Source: Trichoplax adhaerens
Taxonomy: Eukaryota; Animalia; Placozoa
DNA length: 64,000 nt
Assembly (NCBI RefSeq): GCF_000150275.1
Contig: NW_002060953.1
Coordinates: 1,151,693 to 1,215,692 of the forward strand
Reading direction: 5' to 3'
Both the position numbers and the translations under genes were made by a program. This document shows, piece by piece, positions 26,701 through 40,117 of the stretch. Position 1 is the stretch's first letter, and every line of letters begins with the position of its first letter. Below the pieces are notes generated by a model that saw only the letters and a program-made list of their open reading frames with translations, was not told where the DNA came from and ran no database searches.

Positions 26701-29700
26701 TTTGTCAGCAATCTCATCATTGGCATTACTATAGTTTTAATTAGATAGTCTATCAGTTTAATATCCACATTTAAAAATAATTCCACTAGAGAAATACTGT
26801 AGTCCACACAGCTATTGTTGACCATTAAGAAATTTACGCGCATTATAGAATTTGATATCCATTTATAGAAATGTGAATCTATATATTGTGACAATTATGG
26901 AGGAACTATTTTGTTAGACCATGCTTATTTTGAAAGAGATTATTCCCAATTGAATTATAGCCGGCTGACAGCTTCAATGTTTCATTGCTTGTCGTACATT
27001 GTTAATAAGAACAGATGGATACTTTTAAGTCAGTTCATTAATGAGTGGAAAGGGTATGATGAGAAAAAGAAAATTACAAGAAACATTCTTACCTTCCTCC
27101 ATTGTCCTACCTAATTTTATTTTAAAATCTTACTATTTATGAATGGACTATAAACAACTTTTATTTTATTAATAAAGAAATCTTCAACATTCTAAACGGA
27201 CTAACTAATGAACACACGATGTTCTCTTTAAAGGTATTTCTAGCTAACCGTTAAGTATACTGCGAATTTGATCACGTAGCTTTTGATTTAATGCAGTAGG
27301 TTTACACAGAAGTTTTGCAGGCATAGAAGCAGAAGCTCTAAATGAGAGATAGCTAGTGTAAAGTTATTGAGATCTCGTCAATTTGTTCTTGTTGTTTTCT
27401 AATCTGATCGCTAATTTTTTTGTTTTGGTGTAAAAAAGAAATAGGAAAGCTCTTAGCTGATTGTCGGTGACATTAGCATAATAACGATGTGAAATTCAAA
27501 TAATAATTCTTACTTTGAGAAGTTTTTAAAATTGTTAATTTGTTCTGGAAGTGAAATAAATAGAAAGCCTTCTCAAGTCAAAGATAAATTTTATAAGTCG
27601 CTAGCAGGATAATGTTTCATTTAGACTATTGATGAATTCTCTATTACTATCGCCAAATAAGAAAAGTATAGATAAAATTTTAGTGAGGTAAATTCAGTTA
27701 CAAAAATTTTGTTAACTAATTCTAATTGTGTAAAATAAAAATGAAAGTTTGAATTAATCATTGATATAATCAAACGAAGTAAAATAAATAAAGATGTTAT
27801 TCCTAGATTAATAGATTTATTTGCCATTGTAAAACAAGACATGGAAATGTTAGTTAATAAATTAAATCTGCAACAAGACATGACGTAGATAGTAATTTAT
27901 GTAAAGGCTTCACTTCGATAGCAAATAGTAGTACAATGACTACGACCTAATTTTGTAAAGTATTACTTTAACCGTCGAGAGTAGCATTTAAAAATGAAGT
28001 GCTGGACTAAAATAGACTATGGAATAAGTTGTTTATGGTAGATAAGGGAATTAATGCTTATATGCTTTTTCAGTTAAGATGAGAAATTGCTATATTTAAA
28101 TCTGGATTTTGCTTGGATTTTAATAATTCCATATAATTATTGACGACATCTTGCTAACGAATAGCGATAGAGTGTGGGAGTTATCCTACGGTGACCAATT
28201 GATAGATACCCTTGTCGCTAAAAATACTTTCATTCATTTCGAATGATGTAAAGAATTGAATTGAGGTCGATATGGGAAATTAAAATCTATTTTCTATTAA
28301 TTGGGTAATCATCTACAATAAAAGATTGCATCTTCACATTATATAATGATTCAACAAAGACATGGCGTTAGAACGAAATTTAGTAAAGGTTTCTTTCGTA
28401 TTCTGAATTGGAACCTAGTTATTGAATAGTAGGATTAGCAGACTTACTCCGTCAAACTGTGTATATATTTTAAATTTTAGAAGTTGAATCTTAACATGTA
28501 CTTCTCTATATCTATGATGATTGATAAAAACAATACAATATATGGATAGATAAAACAGTTTATATGGCAATAGCAGATCATTTATTTCTACTTTTAGTCA
28601 ATATGCAGTTGTTTATTTTGAAGTTGAAAATCAAGTAGGAAACAGTCCACAAGCTGCGCAAGAAAAATCATTGATAAATGCGAATACCCGTTGCTATAGC
28701 CTGTAAGCAAATTACATTTTATGCATAACTTTGGACTGATGTTATTTTTTGTTAAGAAATGTCTGTTATTTTCTTTCTCTTCTATGCATGGTAACTGTAA
28801 AATTGATCAACGGATGAATGCAATGATGAACTATTTTCATGTAGTGATTGTTATTCACTTGTTTATCATGTTGATATTGAGCTATTTTAGCACGTAAGAT
28901 AATGCATCTTAGAACGGTACTAAATCAATAATTGCGCATTGCCTTGGTAACATACTACTAAATGACTAGTTAATATTAGAAGCCTGCTTGTAAATAGACA
29001 TTGAAAAGGTTTATTGTTGATATCTTTATTATTTATACTGCAAATCGCTAGTCATTAATATAGCGTAGACCTATAATACGAAATTTGAGTGAAGGGTCAT
29101 AATTAAAGCCATAAAATAAATTATGACAAATCGTATAGCCGTCGTAGCGCTTGCGGTAATTATAAATATGGAAATCATGGAATAAGCAACCTAACTTGGA
29201 AAGTAAAGTTAGCTCACTTATTTCTTTATCCATGACAGGATGAAGATTATGCAAGGTTAATACTATTTCATCATATTGTTATTTTTATTTACGAAAATGT
29301 TATCATTCTTTAAATTTTGCAATCACAATTGTTATTCATTTGATTTTCTTGCCTATCTTTGAGATTATTTTGCACTTGAAATTGATAATAAGTTTATTCA
29401 AGAACAAATCTATCGCCGTCATTATGTTAACGAACTGTTTTCAATGATAACGTAGCCAATAATAATCAATCAATCATTTGGATTCCCTTAAGCAAGATGA
29501 AAAATTCAATTCAGTTAAATTATTCAAGCAAAAATACAGCTGCATCTATTCAATCATCAATCAATATAATATCTAAAATGTCTAAACAAATAATCACGAC
29601 AATACATTTCTCTACGAGCATTAATTTTAAAAATGTCAGGAATTTAATTCATCAACAATAGAATTAAAATTAATTTATCAACCGCGCTTGCTTTGGTACT

Positions 29701-31142
29701 TATTTCAATGTAATACTGTAAAAGTCATTAGTTGAAGTTTTATACGTTCGAAGTTATCCCTGAGAGAGATGAACATTGAATCCTGTGATTGATGAATCGA
29801 TTTGATAACCTTAAGTTATAGAATTCGAAATTTTATTCGATTTTTTTTATTTCGATTGGATAATTATAACACCTGAGATAGTAATATCTTGCTTCAGCTG
29901 GATTAATTTTCCTTACCCAATAACTGCTAATCTAAAGTGTTATTGAACATCAACTTGGATTGACTTGGAAAACAACACAAATTCGATTTTTATGCCTCAA
30001 ATTCCATCAATTTAAACTGGGATTGGAATAACTTTAGTCCTTCTCTACTTTAAGTGTATTTTCAATCAATACCAATGTATTGAAATACTTGTTTTGAGGA
30101 TTAGAATAATTAAAGTCCACTAAAACCGATTTATAATTATTTCTTTCCCGGCTCCTTTCGGATTACACTTATAATTCGCTGAAAAATCTACAAATTTCAT
30201 TTCGTATAAATATCTCAGAATAAGGTGAGAATTCGTCTTTATTATCATAAGGTTGAAATCAGTTCATTGCCAAATTAACCAATTTGTTGGATTTTACTTT
30301 GATATGAGTTTGATCTGTTTGTGCAGTTTTGTTAATTGGATCTTCAACTTGTATTAGCGCAGATGAATAAATTAACTACTAGTATTTTATAAAATTAACT
30401 ACTAATAATAACATAATCAATGTTTCTATTTTGCATTCTCTATAAATATATATTAAATTCTTACTAGTTTAAATTTTGTGTCGTCCTCTAATTAATTATA
30501 TCTAAAGTATTATTAGGATAGCCATTTAGTTAGACTTTACTGTGTTCTACTATATCATTGTTGGGTTATTTTAGCATTAACTTTCAATAGTAAACTCTTA
30601 CTAACATAATTAATATGCTGTCTTCTATTAATAACACTCAGCAAATTATTGACTGTGAACAACGTCAGTTACTGAACATGTATGAAATATCTGCCGCAAA
30701 TTGAATACTAAGTGATAATTGATTTTTCTTGTCTTTAGCATTGATTTGGATATTATTCAATTTATTTCCGTCAAATCTCGAGAATTTATAAGAGAAGGTA
30801 ATTCAATTTCTGAATCAGTAGGTTGCTATAGATTCCAACCGAACTCTCATTGACTTGAATTTTTCTTGATTTTTGTTTTTATTTAGCTACGGTAGTATTG
30901 AAATTCCCGTACGTTCAAATTTTTTTTGTCTCTTTATTCTCTTTTTTCTTCTGTTGCATGTTAAATATAGAAATTATTCTCGTAAATAGGTTTTGAAAAA
31001 ATCTTTCCTTTGTCTATAACGCTATATCATTTTGATTCTGATTAAATTTCATCCACTTTCACCTTTCTGACTTGGTTACTGTTAATTATCACTATCATTT
31101 ATAGACTGATTATAATCAAATTGATCGCGATACCTCTAAATC

Positions 31143-32348
31143 ATGGCAACCTGGCCGATAACTGGCTATTTCTCGCCCAGTGATCATCCCTCCAGTCTAC
31201 CAACTACTACTTTATCTTCCATCGCCGACGGAATATGGACAACTTCTGCTTCTAACGCAACTTCAGTACCTTCAAGCAATTACACTTACTATTTACCACC
31301 TCAGCTTGTCATCTCGACGTGGAATATCGCATTTATTGTCATCTATGCTGCGTTATTAACTATCGGTGTACCCGCTAATATTTTTGTTTTAGTAGTTATT
31401 TATCGTTCACCTAAATTAAAAGGCGTAGCTAATTACTATTTAATCAATTTAATGTATGCTGATCTCCTCGTGTTAAGCATTAATGTACCATTTAGTTTAA
31501 TTACTGATATTATGCATGAAAATCGGCACTATATGCTGGGTAACGCAATATGTAAGCTTTCACCAGCAATTAGTCAAGCATGTTTCTATACTATGTCGTT
31601 AACATTGACGATTATTAGTGTCGATCGTTATTTTCAAGTGGTTTATCCATCGTCAAAATTTTGGATTACCAAATCAGTTGTTCTGGTCATTTCCAGTATA
31701 TGGCTAATATCGAGCTTGTTGGTTATTCCAACACTGATCTTTGTCTCTACAGAAAACATACGTGGCATGAAACTTTGTGTTAATTTAATGCCTAGCAATA
31801 TTCGCTCAGTCTATCGCCTCTTGGTTGTTATTATTATTTATCTTATACCCTTCGTTATCATGCTATATTGCAATTTTCATATGCTTATTGCTGTTCTACG
31901 AACGGGTAAAACAACATCTAGTAATCAAATTGCTAATAAAATGAAAAAGCGTGTGATGGTTATTGTAAGTTTAATTATATTGGCATTTGTAGTATGTATT
32001 GCACCTAGTCAAATTTATAAAATTTTTCTTGAATATTCCGTAATTCGGATATCAGCAGCAACTATAATTAAAATTTCCGTCGTCTGTCGCACTGTCGCCT
32101 ATTTCGATACTTTAATCAATCCAATACTTTATGCAGCATTAAATACAAGATTCCGTGAAGGCTGTAAAGATATTACGCATTCTTTTATCAATCGACGATT
32201 TACCGCATTACCTGGTGAAATATCTAGAGCTGATTTAATCCTTCAGACCAAAAATCAATCGTTAGCCATCAAAGAGCTATGTACACCAGCATTGGCGATC
32301 ACCATTTGCCATGATGAAATCACAAAAACAACCGATCAATCATGCTAA
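31143..32348 (+). CDS. Class A (rhodopsin-like) GPCR, neuropeptide-receptor-like, single coding exon, 401 aa
   Basis: S/T-rich glycosylated N-terminus; GVPAN in TM1, NLMYAD in TM2, ICK, SVDRY, FVVCIAP in TM6, INPILY in TM7, FRE helix 8. A 5'UTR acceptor (tttatag) at 31104 and a possible UTR exon at 30739-30797. AATAAA near 32505. Confidence 0.95.
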   Translation: MATWPITGYFSPSDHPSSLPTTTLSSIADGIWTTSASNATSVPSSNYTYYLPPQLVISTWNIAFIVIYAALLTIGVPANIFVLVVIYRSPKLKGVANYYLINLMYADLLVLSINVPFSLITDIMHENRHYMLGNAICKLSPAISQACFYTMSLTLTIISVDRYFQVVYPSSKFWITKSVVLVISSIWLISSLLVIPTLIFVSTENIRGMKLCVNLMPSNIRSVYRLLVVIIIYLIPFVIMLYCNFHMLIAVLRTGKTTSSNQIANKMKKRVMVIVSLIILAFVVCIAPSQIYKIFLEYSVIRISAATIIKISVVCRTVAYFDTLINPILYAALNTRFREGCKDITHSFINRRFTALPGEISRADLILQTKNQSLAIKELCTPALAITICHDEITKTTDQSC

Positions 32349-35300
32349 TATCTATCTTATACATCGATTAACTATCACCCTCATCAAATACTTCAGAATG
32401 CATTTACAGCATGCATCTCTTTTCATATTGAACGCCAAAGATTTCAAGAAAGATAGAAGTTTCTGCTAGCTAATGTATTATAATAATATTTACTGTCGTG
32501 AATGAATAAAGAAAACATGCAAATGATATGTATATTGACTTGTATTTCCTTATAGATAAGAGAAAGAAGGCACAAACTAAAATTTTATTTGGGAAATAAT
32601 CAATTATTGATTATTGTCAAAGAATACTTTATATATGTTTGCGTAGACCACGTAGATCCCGTTATTTTATAAAATGGATTACGTAAGACCGCTGTACTAA
32701 TTTTTATCCTGCTTAAGTGGCCATAAAACTTAACTATGAAGAAAACATCAAGGTTTTTACCTTAATAAAGCATATTGGTTAAAATCGCTCCTGAAATAAT
32801 GCCGTATTAGAATACAGACTGTTAATAAGAGAATGAATAAGTCGAATATTTAATTCATGGTTAGCCGGGCTTAAAGCGAATAACGCCGATTTAATTTGGT
32901 AAAAAATCAAATATGATCAGGATTTCATTTGAATATTTGACTTGGCTTTGTTCTTTAATGATGAATATGAAAATTTCCTATAATAAAGATTTATTGTTAC
33001 ATCCTTCTGTATAGGATAGAATACTATGTCTTAAATATATTTAGGAATATTGAGCTAATTATTTTTTATTTTGAGTAGAATCTACATTAATGTTAGTTCT
33101 CGTTTTAGAAATATTAGATGCGTGTATTATACTTTAAGATTTCTTATTCAATGTTAATATATAAAAATTGATTATGATCTTAATGTTACGTGTATTGTAT
33201 CAAAACTAGCGGCTATGAGAAATCTTGATGAGTAAAATATCTTCTATATTATACGTTGTTACGTTAATGAGAATATTCTCATACTTTAAATACTTGATAG
33301 TAAATGATCAAATCATTCTTGAAGCGTATTTTATCTGATAGTTAGTCTAAAAATTCATTTTAAGAGTTAAGATGAAGGTAAATCAGTCTTAGTTTCATCG
33401 TACGTGATGATTTTTATGTCGTATGTACTTGCACGGTCTGAACTCAAATGAAGTTAATATGAATGCTTTAACTATTTCTAGAATTAGATACTATTTAGAC
33501 GAGAGAATAACTTTTCAATTAAGTGTTTGTTTTAAATCGATCATTTGCAGCTTGGTCTTCTTTATCGATGAGATAGAGAAGGACTTTATAATAATTATGC
33601 CAAAATATGGCGGCAAATTGTAGTAATGGCTTTGAGATTGTATTCCCGAAATCTTTGTAATACTCATTCAATTCTGCCTTAGTAGACAGTGAAAGCTTTT
33701 TTGAGCAAATGTGATTAGAAAATTATTCTAGTCTCGACTATAATACATACGTAATTCAATTTACATGACACCTGCTTTAAAATTGTAATTAAACGTGAAA
33801 GAATAGAATTTTGTTTTAATATCAATAAAGCATTAATGCTTAAGTTCATTAATATGGAGGCAGACTATCCAATCTGGACGCATTAATATGGCTGACGATT
33901 TTAATGTTTGTGCAGACATGGATAAAATTTTAAATCTACCTGTGTATCGTGTCATAGTATTGCATTTTGAGAAACAAAGAAGGATAATATGTATTTCAAT
34001 AGCGTATCCGATGTATATCCATCCATATGCTTATACTGTAATTTTAAAGTAAAGAACAATTTGGAGCTGAGATTGTATATCATAAAAGCGATCATTGCGG
34101 ATAAGAAATGGCAAATACTCAGCTGCACTCTGTCTATTTGAGACTATTGTAAATAATTCTATCACAGACTTTAAAATATATTAAAACAATTATTTATGAT
34201 CAATCATCTTATCATGAAATGGATGTCTGTAAAATTTGAATAGCTTCAAAATTACTTCAAATTTCATTATGGTCATGATGAATTAAAAGAATTAGGCTAA
34301 ATTTTATCAGATTAGTATTAGCAAAAATAGCGTCCAGCGTTACATCTGTGAGCACTACGGTAATAATTGTTAGTATAGAAAATTAATGAGGTGAAATCGA
34401 CGTAGAAAAAAATGTACCATTGCTTTTAATAGAGTGAGTAGCGATTATTACTGTATAATTATTCTTTCTTCTCTGAAAAGTAGAATATTGAAACATATAC
34501 TCACTATCCCTCACAGTATGCTTTTAGTTCAATATTTGCCCAAATCTTCATTTATAAGGGTGCGATTCTATCACTTCCATCATTAGTCAGTAGATTATAA
34601 TTATCTGGACTCGTTTGTGCGGCATTATCGATTTTAACCTTATGATGTGCATAGACAAAACATCTATTGATATTTATGTTTATACCCTATATTATACTTA
34701 AGATTTTAATGACCATTAAAATTATTGAGTCATCAGATGCGCAAGAGAACAAAGACGGATATCAGAATTGTTTTTTTATTTGGTTTCTTTACCAAATTTA
34801 TAAATTATGATTTGGTCAATTCGTAACCGGTATAATGAGTAATTTGTAGGAAATAATATTACACCACTGTTAATTCTTGAATCTTTAACTGAAAAAAGTT
34901 AGGTGTATAGCGGTTCCTAAATGATTGTGATCTAATGACAGCGACATAATATATTAATGTACTCATTTAAGCCTCAAATCAGAATCATGAAGTATACACC
35001 TTGTAGTTGCGTAATAAGTAGCAATAACATTTCCTGAAAGCATGCTGTCTAAATTGTCGGAGGGTAATGATGACTCCAATTTGAATCATTCAAATTTCCC
35101 AAATTTGTTGCCAGATATCGATAATTTATATATTTAAAATGAATTTACACCTACCGCTTTGGACGTTACGGTAAATTGTCTACATTACTCTAGAAGTAAC
35201 TAGAAATGCATTCTGATAATATCACACAATACTATACTAATATATATGCAACTCTAATGATTAGTTTTAATTGGGATTTTACCAAAGAATTGCAATGACG

Positions 35301-37263
35301 ATATAGAGTCTACAACATTTAGAAAGGTGGGTTTACAGCTTGTATTAACTCTCTTTGTAACTAATACGGACCTTTATAATCTGGTGATTAGACACAGGCA
35401 GATATCAATTTGTTGACTTAGGCTGCTTTAGCTGCATTGTTTTGAAACTAATTAACGGTTGAAATTCCTGTTTCGTGATTGCTGATATGAGCTACCGGCA
35501 ATTTTGGGTTTTATTGCAAAGAAAGGGCTCGAAATGAAATAAACTTGATTGATATAGAATAAAATTAGTAACATACGATATTGAATGATGTTTACGTGAT
35601 TTTATAACCTTTGATCCCTCTACTATTTTATTTTTAACTAAAAGTTATTCAGGTTGCAATAAAGAATCATATTATGTTAAGTCTAGCGATTGAGAAATGC
35701 ATTTCCAATACTGTAAAATAATACGAGATATCAATGTAGCAAAACTATTGTAAAATAGCATTATTCCACTTTTGTTTGATGATTGGTAGCGAAAGTATAA
35801 GGCCAGTCTGTTATGACTGTAACATTATTCTAGCGGTCTATCTTAGGAGATTATGTACTAGAGTTGTACGCCGTTCAATGTGATTACACCTACTTAGATA
35901 CCCTTGATTTCAGGTTGCTTATTTATTGCTAAGAGTTTAAGATTTACTGCTAGTCTGTAACTAGATGTAATTTCTAACGGATAAATGAGGTATAACTGAC
36001 AATTATGATATTCTGTAATATAGACTATTGTTATTTTCTTGTCCATTTTAATTTCTGTAATCTGTGGTTAAATTAGTCAGGATACCTAGGTATTCGTTTT
36101 GTAAATGTACTGTCATTTTAAATAAAGTGCGCAGTATATCATTTATATTTTAACCGTGCATAATCGAGCTGTTTTACAAAATTAGAATGAAACTATTAAA
36201 GCATAGTAGCAATGGACATCGAAATTAGCTTTAGCTTCCCGCTTGCCTAATCTCGTTGGAAGTATGATAACATACCAATAGATTTATAGACAGATTCCAA
36301 GCAACCATTCAAACAAAGTGACAGATTTAATTGTTTACTACACGTAGTTTGATTTTAATTAGCAAATAGCAACGTGCTGATCTCAATCTATGATGAAAAG
36401 CCGATAGTAAATAAAAAAATCACTGTCGTCAAATTACGGTTGTCTAAGAATAATGACGAAAATGGACGGATGAGTGATTACTTGGAATTTTTAAATTCGC
36501 GAAAGTTCACGTCGTATTTTTTGAATCTGTTTATTTTGAATTTGCTAGCTGCTAGGACCGCCTTAAGTTCATTACTGATAAATTGATATTATCATTTTAC
36601 TATGCTTGAAAATTGATGGCCGTTATTAATCTGTTTAGGACAACAAGCCCTTTCAATATTATTATCGTAATGCAATCATATTATATACTTTCATTGGATA
36701 CCCGTATCAATATTACTGGATTAAGTTGTACTTTTGCTGGTTTTGTATTTCTAGGGATAGGATGGATTTACCAACCTCAATGATTATCTAGATCATTAGA
36801 AATCGCCAACATCACGTGTCGTCCATGTTATTCGTTGCTTTTCATGCTAATGGAAATATTCAATAGTCGCCTACTTTTATAACTACATCGTCTACATAAT
36901 TGTTTGTTAAGCCTATTCGATGATGATAAATGGAGCAACTCATTCTTGTTCAAAACTCTCTCGATTTCTAATAGTAGTTGATGATAGTTGGAAGGATATG
37001 TAATATCTGTTTGTTGATTTTCCTACGCAATATGGGGAAGAAAAGAGTAAGCGGACTATTCATGCGTTTTGAAAGTTTTATTGATGCGTTGCACATGCTA
37101 TAATTTAGTGTTACAACAGAGTATCCTGCTGGGAATGATTGAGCAGATTGACTTTACTGTATGTACTGTGGATTTCAAGTCATTGACAACGCTAGACAGA
37201 AATCATGTTTGGTGCAGAATTGGCGACATATTGCATGAGTTGTCGTTTTGTAATTCGATAGCG

Positions 37264-37420
37264 TATAATAACCTGTTTAAAATATTATCCATATCGACAT
37301 GAAAGTAACTGTCCAATAATAACCTGTTTAAATATTATCCTAATCGACATGAAAGAAACTGTCCAATAATAACCTGTTTAAAATATTATCCTTATCGACA
37401 TGAAAGAAACTGTCCAATAA
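37264..37420. repeat. Tandem repeat, ~50-bp unit x3
   Basis: Unit aataacctgtttaaaatattatccttatcgacatgaaagaaactgtcc repeated three times. Confidence 0.9.
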
Positions 37421-37759
37421 TGTGCTTATGCCAGCTTCAAGTGAGTGAGTAGTGGAATAAAGTGCCGTCTATTTGCCACCGAAGTAAGGCGGACTATTTT
37501 TCAGTCGTTTCTTGTTGCAAGGCTCGCTTTGGAACCTACTCGCATTTTAACCCATCGCTTTGTCCTTCTTTTGAATATGTTCGGTCCTAGAGATAGAAAT
37601 AAAGTATGTCTATTTTCGTTGTTAATATCACCGGTCATAGAGGTCCAGTATACCGTACAAAAATGATTGGTCAAGTCCAAAAGCTACAGTTCCAAATTAA
37701 GCAGGATTCAGAAGACAGTAGGCAGCACACTGGTCGAGATACTGTATCAAGTACTTTAC

Positions 37760-37970
37760 TGTATTATTGATCAATATCAGCGGTCATCTAAAGTATTTTT
37801 TCAATCAAGTATTTATTACTAATATCACCGGTCATCAAAAAGTATTTTTTCAATCAAGTATGTATCATCAATATCACCAATCATCAAAAAGTATTTTTTC
37901 AATCAAGTATGGACTATTAATATCACTGATCATGAAAGTAGTTTACTATTAATATCACTGGTCATAAAAG
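37760..37970. repeat. Degenerate ~40-50-bp tandem repeat
   Basis: Unit approx. aatatcaccggtcatcaaaaagtattttttcaatcaagta, 4-5 decaying copies. Confidence 0.85.
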
Positions 37971-38017
37971 TATGTAGTTTTGCCCTTCAAGTGCAAAAGT
38001 ATTTTTGTACTTCTAAA

Positions 38018-38863
38018 CGCATTGATGGCACTGTCAATAAAGTATTCTAAGCTACCCATGTAGGCCATGTCGCATACTGTATATCGACATGGGCACCATT
38101 ATTTTTATGGTGAATATCAATGGTCATAGAGGTACAGTAGACAAAAAGGAGTTTTGACGTTGAAATGGATTGGGCACCATTATGATGAATATCGCCGGTC
38201 ATAGAGGTACAGTAGACAAAAGTAGTTTTATCGTCGGTCATAGCGGTACGCTAGACAAAAGTAGTTTTATCGTCGGTCATAGAGGTACGCTAGACAAAAG
38301 TAGTTTTATCGCCGGTTATAGAGGTACAGAAGACAAAAAGGAGTTTTGACGTTGAAATGGATTGGGCACCATTATGGTGAATATCTCAGTTCATAGAGTA
38401 GACGAAAAGGAGTTTTGACATTGAAATGGATTGGGCACCGTTATGGTGAATATCTCCGGTCATAGAGTAGACAAGAAGGAGTTTTGACATTGAAATGGAT
38501 TGGGCACCATTATGGTGAATATCTCAGGTCATAGAGTAGACAACAAGGAGTTTTGACATTGAAATGGATTGGGCACCATTATGGTGAATATCTCAGGTCA
38601 TAGAGTAGACAAAAAGGAGTTTTGACATTGAAATGGATTGGGCACCATTATGGTGAATATCTCCGGTCATAGAGTAGACAAGAAGGAGTTTTGACATTGA
38701 AATGGATTGGGCACCATTTTGGTGAATATCTGCGGTCATAGAGGTACAGTAGACAAAATGGAGTTTTGCCGGTTTAGCGCATTCATGCCACAGTCAATAA
38801 AGTATTTTAAACTACCCATGTAGACCATGTCGCCTAGTGTATACAGTAGGCGACATGGGCACC
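38018..38863. repeat. Nested minisatellite: 69-bp unit array plus 39-bp subarray, bounded by ~80-bp direct repeats
   Basis: 69-bp unit starts at 38401, 38470, 38539, 38608 and 38677 (gacaaaaaggagttttgacattgaaatggattgggcaccattatggtgaatatctc.ggtcatagagta). 39-bp units at ~38196-38330. Flanks 38018-38097 and 38778-38863 are mutual copies. Confidence 0.92.
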
Positions 38864-39104
38864 GTCCTGGTCAATATCACCAGCGTATTCCAGTCCCCAA
38901 GCTACAGTTCCAAGTTAGGAAGGATTGTGGTTACAGTACTAAGCACGGTGTGCCCTTGATCCCATGGATGGCCAACTACAGTGTATAGTACTGTAGTGTA
39001 CAGTGTACAGTACTGGAGTCGAAAGCGTCTACTGGACTCGCCACGAAATTGACTTGGGATGAGACGCACAGCAGTTGAAGTACTGCAACAAGGCTGCGCT
39101 GAAT

Positions 39105-39162
39105 TGGAGCTTTCCTTGCGGCAGCCATTTTCGCCATCGAGTTGATCAAGTCAAGAGCCGAG
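39105..39162 (+). promoter_or_regulatory. Probable TSS and non-coding first exon of GTF2F2
   Basis: GC-richer island; pyrimidine-rich start (gctttcctt), YY1-like GCCATTTT, donor GAG|GTTAAA at 39162/39163; candidate acceptor ccacag at 40366 upstream of the ATG. Confidence 0.4.
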
Positions 39163-39510
39163 GTTAAAATTGCTGTCTTATTAGGCCTAGGTAATGCTAA
39201 TAATTTAAAATTGGATCATTTCTACTGAGTAGGAATCAGTTGATCCGTTGATCCATTTCATGTAGTACCCTGTCCAATCAGTTGACGATGACAACTCAAC
39301 GTTGGGGATGAGCTTGATATGTATTTTAGGATATACTTGATTCGTTGTCCATGTCATGGTAAAAGTACAACATCAGCTTGCTACAATATCATCATCAGTC
39401 CATCAAGCAGACGATGGATGAATCAAGAGTTGGGATTGATTTTAATTGACTTTGATGGCGAGTAGCCTTCGTGGACTCGACTGAAATGGATACGTATTGA
39501 GATTGATATC

Positions 39511-40117
39511 CATGGCTAGGGTTGCCATCGATTTACGATATTTTCACTTGCAACATGGTAACGATCTAATGACAAAATGAAATCAATTTCCCTCTTAGCA
39601 ATGGATTGAGATTGACATCCATGGCTAGGGTTGCCAGAAGACTCGATCGGCGATACTTTCACTGAAATCAATTTCCCTCTTAGCAATGGATTGAGATTGA
39701 CATCCATGGCTAGGGTTGCCAGAGGACTCGATCGGCGATACTTTCACGTACAACATGGTAGCCATCCAATGACAAAATGAAATCAATTTCCCTCTTAGCA
39801 ATGGATTGAGATTGACATCCATGGCTAGGGTTGCCAGAAGACTCGATCGGCGATACTTTCACTGAAATCAATTTCCCTCATAGCAATGGATTGAGATTGA
39901 CATCCATGGCTAGGGTTGCCAGAGGACTCGATCGGCGATACTTTCACGTACAACATGGTAGCCATCCAATGACAAAATGAAATCAATTTCCCTCTTAGCA
40001 ATGGATTGAGATTGACATCCAACGCTAGGGTTGCCAGAGGACTCGATCGGCGATACTTTCACGTACAACATGGTAACCATCAAATGACAAAATGAAATCA
40101 ATTTCCCTCTTAGCAAT
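39511..40117. repeat. Minisatellite with alternating 85/115-bp units (200-bp higher-order repeat)
   Basis: Units start at 39511, 39620, 39705, 39820, 39905 and 40020 (lengths 109, 85, 115, 85, 115, partial), each beginning catggctagggttgcca or a close variant. Confidence 0.95.

Noticed and set aside
26523-26894. 123-aa minus-strand ORF
   Set aside because: Non-ATG start, composition typical of AT-rich noise, no motif.
37260-40117. CRISPR-like repeat/spacer appearance of the arrays (also 56794-57647 and 63430-64000)
   Set aside because: Inter-repeat segments are homologous rather than unique spacers, there are no cas genes, and the context is eukaryotic; these are minisatellites.
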